Virus record (IMG/VR): IMGVR_UViG_3300032216_001891 | Location: 32,001-96,000 of that record | Length of the DNA stretch: 64,000 bases | From: a virus | Lineage: Duplodnaviria; Caudoviricetes | Direction: 5' to 3' (one strand) | In this document: one piece after another, positions 21,501 through 29,207 of the stretch | How the letters are laid out: every line of letters starts with the position of its first letter | Position numbering within the stretch: position 1 is the first letter of the stretch | Program-made: the position numbers and the translations under genes | The notes under the pieces: generated by a model | Told to the model about the DNA's origin: nothing | The model's input: the letters and a program-made list of their open reading frames with translations, nothing else | The model's database searches: none

Positions 21501-24500
21501 AGATGCACAGATATTTAATATACAAGCATACGGACAACTCAATTCACAATTGGCCAATGTGGCTCCGGGTTACAAAATCTGGGCTGCACGAGACAACATC
21601 ACCACCAGTTGGCAAGTATATCGCGTAAACGAAACTAATGTACTGGTAAATTCAGTGTTCTATAATGTAGATTACACTGTTACAGTAACCACAACCCGAG
21701 CTCATGGTTCAGTTCGTGGTGATTATGTTGTGATCAAAGGATTTGACGGCCGAGTGGATGGGTTTTATCAAGTCTCGTCTGTGGTTGACAATTATAGGTT
21801 CAACATAATCATTGATGTCAACAGTTACCCGGTGCTGAAATCTGCAGGAACCATCACAGGATTGGGTGTTTTGTACCGATTACAATCACTGAGAATAAAA
21901 ACAGCCACAGACTTGAACGCCATCACTCCGTTGAATCAATGGCAGGATGGAGATAAATTATGGGTTGACCAAGATCAAAACACCGCGGGTTGGGTGGTAT
22001 ACAACAAGTCTACACCTTGGGTCACATCCAACGCCAGTGTGACGTCCAATCCTCTCAGTATGCAGTTAGATGCCAACAGTTACATCAGTAATTCAGGATT
22101 TGGTACAGTGTCGACTATAAATCAGACTGGTACATTTGCAGCAGCCAGTATGCCTAATTTAGGTAAGGGCAATGTAATTGCATTTGTCTCTAATATCTCC
22201 AATGGTTATAACTTTACCATGGTGGCTAATCTTGGTGCTCCAGTGGCCAACAGTGTGAGTTTATTTGGTGCCAGTTTAGATTCTGCTGGTAATTTATTAT
22301 ACGTTGGCAATCCCGGCAACGGAAGCACAGAGTATGGTAGAACGCATATCCATAAATTTGATGCTACTGGTACTCCTACTGTAAACACTACTGCTGTTAT
22401 TACTGCCCTCCTACAAGCGTCGGTTGATATTGAACCTGCAAAGACTTTATTTAAAACAACAACAGTTGGTGGAAGGCCACTAGGCGACATTAACAATTCT
22501 GGGACACTATCTCCATTGGATGCCTTGTACTATGGCCAATGGGATGCAGGAACCAACACAGATCCAGGGCAAATTTCTTGGATTACAGGAACGTTAAATC
22601 CATACATATTAGCAAACCCCACCAATTATGGGGCATATCTTAATTACTTCTTTACTTTATCACAAACATTATCGAGCCCATTCACCGGTAATATCGGAGA
22701 TCAATTTGGCTACAGTGTAAGTGCCAGTAGTGATAGTGCTTGGTTATATGTTGGCGCTCCCGGTGCCGGCAATGTGTATGTGTATCATGCCAATGCCAAC
22801 GGTTATTACAGTTATGCCAACACCATTACAGGTAATAGTTATGTCACTTCAGGCAATGCTATATTGGCACGATTTGGCCTTGTAGTTAACACCACCTCCG
22901 AGGGCGATTACACTGCCGTTGGTGCTCCAGGCGAAACTGTCGCAGGCGTATCATCGGCTGGTGCAGTTTATACGTTTAATCGCAGTCAAGAATCATTTGT
23001 TGCCACAGGCAATACAGCATATTATCCACAGTACCCGATCACTGCCAGCACCTTATTGGTAACAGTCAACGGTAATGTTGTAACCACAGGTTACACCAGT
23101 AACAGCAGTGCTGTGACATTTACAGCAGCTCCGGTGGTGGGTACAACAATCACTGTCGACACCAACAAGATACAATTGGTAAAAAAATTAACAGAAACTA
23201 TACCCGGCAGTGGAAATCAATTTGGAACAGTGGTACACATAGCCGGTAATGATGCAGATGTATATGCATCCAGCCCTGGTTATAACGAAGTGGGATACCA
23301 CAGTGGTGTTGTTTATAGATTTGCCAACTACGGTGCCAATTACGGCACAGCCACTGGCAATGTATACGATCCAGTAGTCACTGTGGGCGATAACCTGTAT
23401 ATTAACGGACGACTGGTGACATTTGGAGCCAACGCCACAGGTAGTCTTGTGGGCAATTTGCAATCCATTGTGGCTAATATTAATTCGGCCAATATACCAG
23501 GGATCACCGCAACAGCACAGGATTATGGATTGTTGACTCTAACTAGTAATGTAGCAATACCATACAAAAAATTATTGATTACCCCGGGCACAGGAACAGC
23601 GTTGGCTAATATTGGACTCGATGTTTACACTAATGTTCAATCTATCAAGCACCCTGGTGCTGCCGATGTTAACTCTTTTGGTAGTCAACTTACATCCAGT
23701 GTGGATAGTACCAATTTAATAATCAGTGCTAGTCGAGGGCAAACTAACACAGCAATGACTTTTGATCAAATGCTGACTCGGTTTGATGCAGAAGCTACAT
23801 CATTCAGCGACACACAAGCAGGTTCTGGGGTAGTATACATTTATGGATTGGTTGAAGGATCGTTAACTTCAAGTACATTGGATCAGTATGTATTGGTACA
23901 ACAGTTACAAAACAATGCAGTAAGTTCCAATGATCAATTGGGCAGTGGATTGTCGATGAATGTCGACACAATATTGGTTGGGGCTCCCGGAGACAGCAAT
24001 CATCTAACTACTGATTCAGTGAGCCAAGCATTGACCAGTATTCCCAATGCTGGCACCTACTACACATACAAAAACATCAGCGGTAATGTGGGATGGGACA
24101 TCATCAGCAGTGAACAACCTCGTGTGGACATTGACAGTATTACTAGAATGTACATATACAACAATGTCACTGATACACTATTGACAAACTTTGATCATAT
24201 TGATCCAGTCAAGGGCAAGTTACTGGGCATTGCCGAACAAGACCTAGACTATATCACTGCATACGACCCGGCTGTTTACAATGCCGGCGGTGGGCCCGAA
24301 GCTGGCCCCCTAGGCGGAGCCAGCCCTGACTTTCACTGGGGCGCTGCACAGGTTGGAAAAACTTGGTGGGACACCAGCTTGGTTCGGTATGTTGATTACG
24401 AACAAGGAAATTTAACCTATCGTGCCAATCACTGGGGCGAGATGTTCCCGGGCAGTACAGTGCAAGTATGCGAGTGGGTAGAGAGTTCTGTTGTACCTGA

Positions 24501-27500
24501 CCAATACACCGGCAGTGGTGTACCTCTTTATACAGAATTTCAATCTTATGTTGAAGAAAACTACGTAGATACAGCAACCAAAGTTGTACGCACTAGATAT
24601 TACTTTTGGGTCAAAGATAAAACCACTGTAGAAACAAATTCAACAAGACGAAACAGTGTTAAAATTTTACAAGAAATTATTGCCAACCCCACTGCTCAAT
24701 CGGTACCCTATGCTGCAGTACTACGCAACGATGCTGTGGCTTTATATAATATTGGTGACTACTTAACTGGTGCCGGCAACACAGTGGTGTTTCACGCTGA
24801 TACAGATGCACTCACTAATACCAACATTATACACAACGAATGGCAACTGGTTCAAGAAGGCAACAGCAATAGTTTAATACCTGATAGAATTGTTGAAAAA
24901 ATGATCGACAGTCTAGCCGGAGTGGACCGGTATGGAAATACAATTCCCGCAGTAAATTTATCCCCACAGACACGTATTGGATTAGACTTTACACAAACTG
25001 TGTTTGTGGACAGAATGCTGGCCTTGAAAAACTTTGTCGAGTATGTCAATAATGTAATGATTCAACATCCTATTGTAGAACAACGCAACATCAATAATTT
25101 ATATAGTGCTGAAGCCCAGCCCGACATCACTGAGTATGATCTTGCTATTGCCTCCCGTGCCGAATTGGACTACATCAACACTGCAACTTTATTATCAAAT
25201 TACACTGTGTTAGTAATCGCTGACGAAACACAAAACGAATTATGGACTATGCACACATGGACCGGAACAGCATGGTCCACTGTTCGCACTCAAAGTTATT
25301 ATACTCCGTTTTACTGGAGTTTTGCTGACTGGTACGACAGCACCTACAACTCCAGTGACACCATAAAATATTCGGCCAACACCTATGCCGATTTAGCTTC
25401 TCTAACCCCAACCGTTAATGATTCGGCTCGAGTGGCCAACAGAGGCAATGGTGAATTTGCTGTTTATCGTTATAACGGTACGATGTGGGATTTAGTAGGA
25501 CTTGAAAATGGCACTGTTCAATTCGACAGCACATTGTATACCAGTGCAGTGGCCGGCAACGAGATCAGAATACTATTTGAAACTGTGCGTGATGATATTT
25601 TTGTCGACACACTGATTGGTAACTTTAACGGATTGTTCTTTTATTTGATCAACTACATTCTAACCGAACAAAAATCTGTGGATTGGATATTTAAAACCAG
25701 CTTTGTTACAGTGTTACATCAACTAAAAAAATTAGAACAATTCCCAGCGTATATTCAAGACAACCAAACATACTATGAGAATTACATCAACGAGGTCAAA
25801 CCGTATAGAACCAGCATACGTGAATATTTGATTAATTATCAAGGCAGTGATGCGTTTTCTGGAGACATTACAGACTTTGATATACCAGCAACTTATATTG
25901 CCAACATCAACGCTTATCGTAGTCCAGATGGCAGTTTACCGTCAGACAGCTACAGTTTAACTACATTACCTCAATATAGCCAGTGGAATAACAATCACAG
26001 TTACAGTATCAATGCAGTTACAGTGAGTAACTCGGGTGCTAACTACTACACAACTCCCACAATTACAGTGATCGGTGGTGGTGGTACAGGTGCCACTGTA
26101 GAGGCAGTACTTGATGTAGTCAGCAACACTATTGCTAGATTTGATGTTGTTAATGCAGGATCGGGATATACTTCTACACCCACAATACAAATCAATGGAT
26201 CGGGCATAAACGCTGCTGGTTATCCAAAATTAGTGTCTGAGCAATACATCACCAGTGTGCCCTTACAAACTATAACTCTTGTGGGCAACGCTGTTGTTTA
26301 TGTAGGCAACATTATTACACAGCCCCTCACAGGTGCATCGGGGGTAGCCTACACAGCATCTACCGGCAACATTATTACTTTGAAAGATGTTGTTGGTACA
26401 TTTGTCAGCAACCAATGGTTATTTAGCGACTCTAGTAATTTATCGATACGCCCGGGAGTTGCCACAGTGTCAATGAAGTTGACCGGCAATCTTTCTGCTT
26501 ATACAGGCAATATTATTACCCAACCCGCCAGCGGTGCTCGAGCAGAGGTATATTCCGACTCCTCAGGAAAAGTCGTATCACTGTGGAACTACTCGGGAAC
26601 TTTTATTGGTAACGCATATCTATATAGAAATGGCTCAAATCTCAATGTTAGGCCCGCATACTACACTGTTTCATCAGTTCCACTCGCTGTTCCTTATACC
26701 ACTTTTGTTGATCAAAGTTACAATAAAGTTAGAACATTTACCACGCACGTAAAATTTGATAGAACCTCATATTCCAGCAATATTTCAGCATGGAAACCCA
26801 ACATCACTGTGACAGCAAATTCACGTGTGAGCTATCAAGGCAGTGCATACCAGGCCAATTCTACAGTGTACAGCAGTGCAACACTTAAATTAACTGCCAA
26901 CGTTTCGGCCAATGTGGGCGACTATATCACACAGAGCAACAACTCCACAGCCAATGCTAGAATCATTTCAATTGCCAGCAACAGTTTAATCACAGTGGCC
27001 AATTTGAGTGGTAATTTTATAAGACGTACAGGTAATATTGTAATTAATGGAGTCACTTCTATTGCTGCACCAATATCGGTTACAAATATATTTGACTATG
27101 GAAAGTATTCATTATTAGCAACTGCCAATTTAACCAATGCCAGCGATCGAATTACTGCTGCTTATCAACCTGGCTCGGGCATGCCAAGTTTAGACCTAGC
27201 ACAGTTAATGTCGGGAATAGAGTATCCGGGTGTACAAGTACAGGGTGTAAAATTTGGAGCTACAACTTCAAATATTTCATCTAACGTACTGTATTATTAC
27301 AGCAGTACTTCAACCTTGTATAGTTCCAATTTGGCCTTGATTGATTTTACCATGTATGGGCTACAACCTAAATTACCCGTATCTGTTGTTAATAACGATA
27401 CCGGATTTAGAAGTAATGTTACTATATTAAATATCACTCCAGGATCAATATTTTTAGTTGGATCGATGCCCGACATCACACTGGGCTCCAACGTCAGCAT

Positions 27501-28443
27501 AGTCTACTACGACTACAATGACCCTGCATATTTAGACACCAATATACAGAGTTTTTATAATGACTCAGCATTGGGTACTAGACCCGAGGACATCAATGTT
27601 GATGGTGGCAGATACTACGATACCTATAGTAGTCATGCTCCTGAAGAACTAGTACCGGGCATAACATTTGATAGTTTAAACATGGCAGTGTATACACAAA
27701 TTGGGGCAGCCAACGTTGGGTATCGTATAGTTCACAACATGAATACCAATGCTGCTAGTACAGATATTAGTTATTGGCCGCAGTACTATGCTATCCGCTC
27801 GGTGGAAACTTCTCCGGTGCTGACGGCAAACTTGAACTTAACCGACACCGATATATATGTAAGTAATGCAGGATTATTACAAACACCAGATGCCGCGTAT
27901 GCAGTACCGGGAGTAATTTACATAAACGGCGAAAAAATTGTATATTACACTGTTGATATTTACAACAATGTATTGGGACAGATACGTCGTGCAGTGGATG
28001 GTACCGGAGCACCTGCCGTGCATCCTGCGGGATCTCTAGTCAGTGATGCATCGGCACACTATCGGTTACCATCGTCTAGCACTGGCAGTGCCAACGTGCA
28101 TTTGAGCAGTTGGTTAAACTTGAGCACAAGTTCTTACCCGCAAGAATTTTTAACATTGTCCGCAAATGCCACTGTGTTTGCAGGAAATACTGTTACTCAA
28201 TTTGCAACCGGGGCGTCGGGTATAGTAGCAGCCAACAGTACTGGAACTACAATCGCACTATGGGCGGCCAATATCACTGGAACATTCTCTGCTAATATCT
28301 CAGCCAACACTTATGTTTATAGAAATGGCTCTAATTTAAGTGCTAAAACCACAGGCATTTCGTACACAGTGGTTGACGGATCTGGGTTGGCGGGTAGTAG
28401 TACGACTCAAGCGGAGTTTATCAAAAGCCATCAAACCCAATAA
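15550..28443 (+). CDS. Giant (~4300 aa) virion structural/baseplate protein (gp7-like position) with beta-propeller and dockerin-like insert
   Basis: Uninterrupted ORF after gp6; FLPEVFRT N-terminus, KPYRTSIR, GxxYxxTPTI repeats, FG-GAP-like repeats. Confidence 0.7.
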   Translation: MASIKTANFLPEVFRTDNNRKFLGATLDQLVTPPDLRKVNAYVGRKFAPTYQNSNNYQPESSGLRQNYQLEPSVVVKNKTGTVDFFSSYIDLINQIAYSGGITDDHSRLFATETYSFDGLFDFDKFVNFNQYYWLTNGPATVDVFGAGVDQTQTFTVTRDAGTGSYHFSGSGTAKNPALRLARGGTYKFVVNQPGYPFWIQSSAGTSGLKNNQSNLSSRDILGIENNGTDVGTVTFRVPQATAQDYYVYMKYPNDDIVSGTVDASTELHYSQIQGATLSQLTALGGLDGVRSQLLGKTFIFINQDIDDLYWTAGGLTIPRATRRNVWQIQAVDPLAADPVINLISVTNVLKNQKIYVSSGQNYAEYSFYLDLQFLTYKQIPNITAPLDTIYYQDGASAGYVGQLNLVNINDNTLKVDDDIVGKSDYTSPNGVVFTNGLKIQFDASAVPATYANRTYYVEGVGTAIQLLPETDFVTPEPYAVNGIASPDYITINRASQDLNPWTRSNRWFHIDVIKAAAEYNNDVPVFDQNVRANRPIIEFEADLQLYNFGRVAKTPVDIFDLTTTDARNTVELSTTFQLNGVSLQNGQRVIFANDFDPTVRNQIFIISISEINQTPVVTLSPAEDSVISTFNNLIVLQGNNRGVEYWFDGSDWIVGQQKTGVNQTPMFDVYDNNGISIGDTDLYPLSTFATATNNLGTVVGGTKIFSYRTGTGVNDQILGFPLSYRTFNQVGDIQFNNDFDTDVFSYTLASTATTENIHSLGTLRKNSGLVNGTARNTWTKVVEPSRQYQIISGVYNGVNRYFEIDIRPEARNTIPYFKVFKNFTELTTAQFQVVSAGVKLYVKITDPDLVTDDKIDILIYSKTVSALGHYQVPDNLNFNTENANFASLTLGQLRNHLVTLVSNSNQVTGSAFGDNNLRDRPIKAQGGNILQNAGPVLYSELFLVDPEINFLKGLELARHNYGRIKNKILESAIKLKNINTDDIPGMLDAILLTINGVKNNSFPWYYSDMVPYGPLKNTITYKVIEAEQTDYEITNIFVDTKLSNQSVLVYVNNVQLTKGTDYVFDTTRAGITFKTALAVDDVITINEYSNTDGNYIPDTPTKLGLYPKFTPKIYLDETYVTPINVIQGHDGSVTPAFNDFRDQLLLEFELRIYNNIKIDTTLVSDNIYNTVPGKFRETDYSLAEFTRLLSKSFLQWVGANRVDFTSNTYFVGDDPFTWNFARFVDTVNGEALPGTWRAIYQYFYDTVAPNTAPWEMLGFSEEPEWWETRYGVAPYTGGNLVMWGDLEVGYVWNNGDSYTDTRFARPGLLSIIPVDENGNLRNPAQFLVKSFNSNQANGSYAVGQQGPVETAWRRSSDYPYAVQEAIALAKPGYFFGTLMDVTRYYKNTTLDQYTLSDSLQRITPGAIHINGESSGSGNYRVAGYINWIADYLRSQGIEPVSKITGYLDLVTVQLAYKMAGYSDKSFLQVLAEQASPTSTTNSVVIPAENYTLELYKSTPVKTVTYSAVIVEKSENGYTVSGYDTGNPYFTIIPSLANNNAYPITVLNDTGIVYQDYQKYKITVPYGFEFTNKQQVVDFLISYERYLVGSGFVFADKDPNLETQRDFKLSVQEFLAWSQQGWAVGTVMILSPVLNHLTVNNTQGVIDKIENAPLQSRILDPEFNFIKYNELTVSRTDNVFTLTAISGRTIALAVLDVVEYEHVLIFDNVTVFNDVIYAPKLGNRQYRLKLVGQKTGAWTGALNPPGFVYNSAAVDAWQPGVDYLLGSLVVYKNTYYTNTQNLTATTTFVPAQWKRLAKNQIQTGLLPNFSYNAGKSLRYNNFNDPELQGDFANFVGNEVGFTPRQYLTNFGIDTPTQAKFYQGFIRQKGTLNSVTAFTAAGFNGVSSTVNLYEDWAMRVGEFGALNNNRYVELILSEGVFTGEPAVFNFLNNGATTTDNIVAVYPDDIYRSSKGYSPAIFKDRDNSSFYENDLLTAGYVNVADVDAQIFNIQAYGQLNSQLANVAPGYKIWAARDNITTSWQVYRVNETNVLVNSVFYNVDYTVTVTTTRAHGSVRGDYVVIKGFDGRVDGFYQVSSVVDNYRFNIIIDVNSYPVLKSAGTITGLGVLYRLQSLRIKTATDLNAITPLNQWQDGDKLWVDQDQNTAGWVVYNKSTPWVTSNASVTSNPLSMQLDANSYISNSGFGTVSTINQTGTFAAASMPNLGKGNVIAFVSNISNGYNFTMVANLGAPVANSVSLFGASLDSAGNLLYVGNPGNGSTEYGRTHIHKFDATGTPTVNTTAVITALLQASVDIEPAKTLFKTTTVGGRPLGDINNSGTLSPLDALYYGQWDAGTNTDPGQISWITGTLNPYILANPTNYGAYLNYFFTLSQTLSSPFTGNIGDQFGYSVSASSDSAWLYVGAPGAGNVYVYHANANGYYSYANTITGNSYVTSGNAILARFGLVVNTTSEGDYTAVGAPGETVAGVSSAGAVYTFNRSQESFVATGNTAYYPQYPITASTLLVTVNGNVVTTGYTSNSSAVTFTAAPVVGTTITVDTNKIQLVKKLTETIPGSGNQFGTVVHIAGNDADVYASSPGYNEVGYHSGVVYRFANYGANYGTATGNVYDPVVTVGDNLYINGRLVTFGANATGSLVGNLQSIVANINSANIPGITATAQDYGLLTLTSNVAIPYKKLLITPGTGTALANIGLDVYTNVQSIKHPGAADVNSFGSQLTSSVDSTNLIISASRGQTNTAMTFDQMLTRFDAEATSFSDTQAGSGVVYIYGLVEGSLTSSTLDQYVLVQQLQNNAVSSNDQLGSGLSMNVDTILVGAPGDSNHLTTDSVSQALTSIPNAGTYYTYKNISGNVGWDIISSEQPRVDIDSITRMYIYNNVTDTLLTNFDHIDPVKGKLLGIAEQDLDYITAYDPAVYNAGGGPEAGPLGGASPDFHWGAAQVGKTWWDTSLVRYVDYEQGNLTYRANHWGEMFPGSTVQVCEWVESSVVPDQYTGSGVPLYTEFQSYVEENYVDTATKVVRTRYYFWVKDKTTVETNSTRRNSVKILQEIIANPTAQSVPYAAVLRNDAVALYNIGDYLTGAGNTVVFHADTDALTNTNIIHNEWQLVQEGNSNSLIPDRIVEKMIDSLAGVDRYGNTIPAVNLSPQTRIGLDFTQTVFVDRMLALKNFVEYVNNVMIQHPIVEQRNINNLYSAEAQPDITEYDLAIASRAELDYINTATLLSNYTVLVIADETQNELWTMHTWTGTAWSTVRTQSYYTPFYWSFADWYDSTYNSSDTIKYSANTYADLASLTPTVNDSARVANRGNGEFAVYRYNGTMWDLVGLENGTVQFDSTLYTSAVAGNEIRILFETVRDDIFVDTLIGNFNGLFFYLINYILTEQKSVDWIFKTSFVTVLHQLKKLEQFPAYIQDNQTYYENYINEVKPYRTSIREYLINYQGSDAFSGDITDFDIPATYIANINAYRSPDGSLPSDSYSLTTLPQYSQWNNNHSYSINAVTVSNSGANYYTTPTITVIGGGGTGATVEAVLDVVSNTIARFDVVNAGSGYTSTPTIQINGSGINAAGYPKLVSEQYITSVPLQTITLVGNAVVYVGNIITQPLTGASGVAYTASTGNIITLKDVVGTFVSNQWLFSDSSNLSIRPGVATVSMKLTGNLSAYTGNIITQPASGARAEVYSDSSGKVVSLWNYSGTFIGNAYLYRNGSNLNVRPAYYTVSSVPLAVPYTTFVDQSYNKVRTFTTHVKFDRTSYSSNISAWKPNITVTANSRVSYQGSAYQANSTVYSSATLKLTANVSANVGDYITQSNNSTANARIISIASNSLITVANLSGNFIRRTGNIVINGVTSIAAPISVTNIFDYGKYSLLATANLTNASDRITAAYQPGSGMPSLDLAQLMSGIEYPGVQVQGVKFGATTSNISSNVLYYYSSTSTLYSSNLALIDFTMYGLQPKLPVSVVNNDTGFRSNVTILNITPGSIFLVGSMPDITLGSNVSIVYYDYNDPAYLDTNIQSFYNDSALGTRPEDINVDGGRYYDTYSSHAPEELVPGITFDSLNMAVYTQIGAANVGYRIVHNMNTNAASTDISYWPQYYAIRSVETSPVLTANLNLTDTDIYVSNAGLLQTPDAAYAVPGVIYINGEKIVYYTVDIYNNVLGQIRRAVDGTGAPAVHPAGSLVSDASAHYRLPSSSTGSANVHLSSWLNLSTSSYPQEFLTLSANATVFAGNTVTQFATGASGIVAANSTGTTIALWAANITGTFSANISANTYVYRNGSNLSAKTTGISYTVVDGSGLAGSSTTQAEFIKSHQTQ

Positions 28444-28476
28444 ATATAAGAATACAGTTTTGTGGTGACAAAAAGC

Positions 28477-28484
28477 AATAAATA
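28477..28484 (+). promoter_or_regulatory. Late promoter AATAAATA (second copy at 28439-28446)
   Basis: Two TAAATA boxes upstream of the 28507 ATG. Confidence 0.55.
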
Positions 28485-28506
28485 TATAGATATAATTAGG
28501 TACACT

Positions 28507-29199
28507 ATGACAGACACAACTCAACACTCCCAAACCCCAAAACCCGAGCCTAGACCAGATGATGTGGGCGGAATATATGTTCGCGGACATATTAAAATTT
28601 TTGATCCAACGACTCAAGAAGTTTTAGTAGATAAATCAAACGCTATACACTACGAAAACATCAGTCAAGCCATTGCCTACTGTTTGGCCAATAAAAATGG
28701 CACAAACGGTAATTTCATCTATGAAATGCGATTTGGCAACGGTGGATCCAGTATTGATCCAACCGGGGTCATTACATACTTGCCGCCCAATACCACTACA
28801 CAAAACAGTAACCTGTACAATCCCACTTACAGTAAAATTGTTGATGACACAACCAGTGCAAACCTAGACCCCACAAGAAATTACATACAAATTCGTCATG
28901 TTCCCGGCACAGTTTACACAGATATATTGGTGAGTTGCTTGCTAGACTACGGTGAACCAGCGGGGCAAAGTGCATTTGACAACAGTCAAACACTAGCAGA
29001 TACATACACATTTGATGAATTGGGACTGGTGGGACGGGATCCCACTGGCACAGTTGATGTATCGGGCAGTGGAACATTCACCTCCGACGCCGGACCCCTG
29101 TTGACTCATGTGATCTTTCATCCTGTACAAAAAGCACTGAATAGATTGATTCAAGTTGACTATACAGTGAGAATACAAACCTTGACAAATTTAAGCTAG
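28507..29199 (+). CDS. Virion/baseplate structural protein
   Basis: FDELGL...LLTHVIFHPVQK...YTVRI C-terminus typical of baseplate/fibre-attachment proteins; position in the module. Confidence 0.55.
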   Translation: MTDTTQHSQTPKPEPRPDDVGGIYVRGHIKIFDPTTQEVLVDKSNAIHYENISQAIAYCLANKNGTNGNFIYEMRFGNGGSSIDPTGVITYLPPNTTTQNSNLYNPTYSKIVDDTTSANLDPTRNYIQIRHVPGTVYTDILVSCLLDYGEPAGQSAFDNSQTLADTYTFDELGLVGRDPTGTVDVSGSGTFTSDAGPLLTHVIFHPVQKALNRLIQVDYTVRIQTLTNLS

Positions 29200-29207
29200 G
29201 ATAAACA

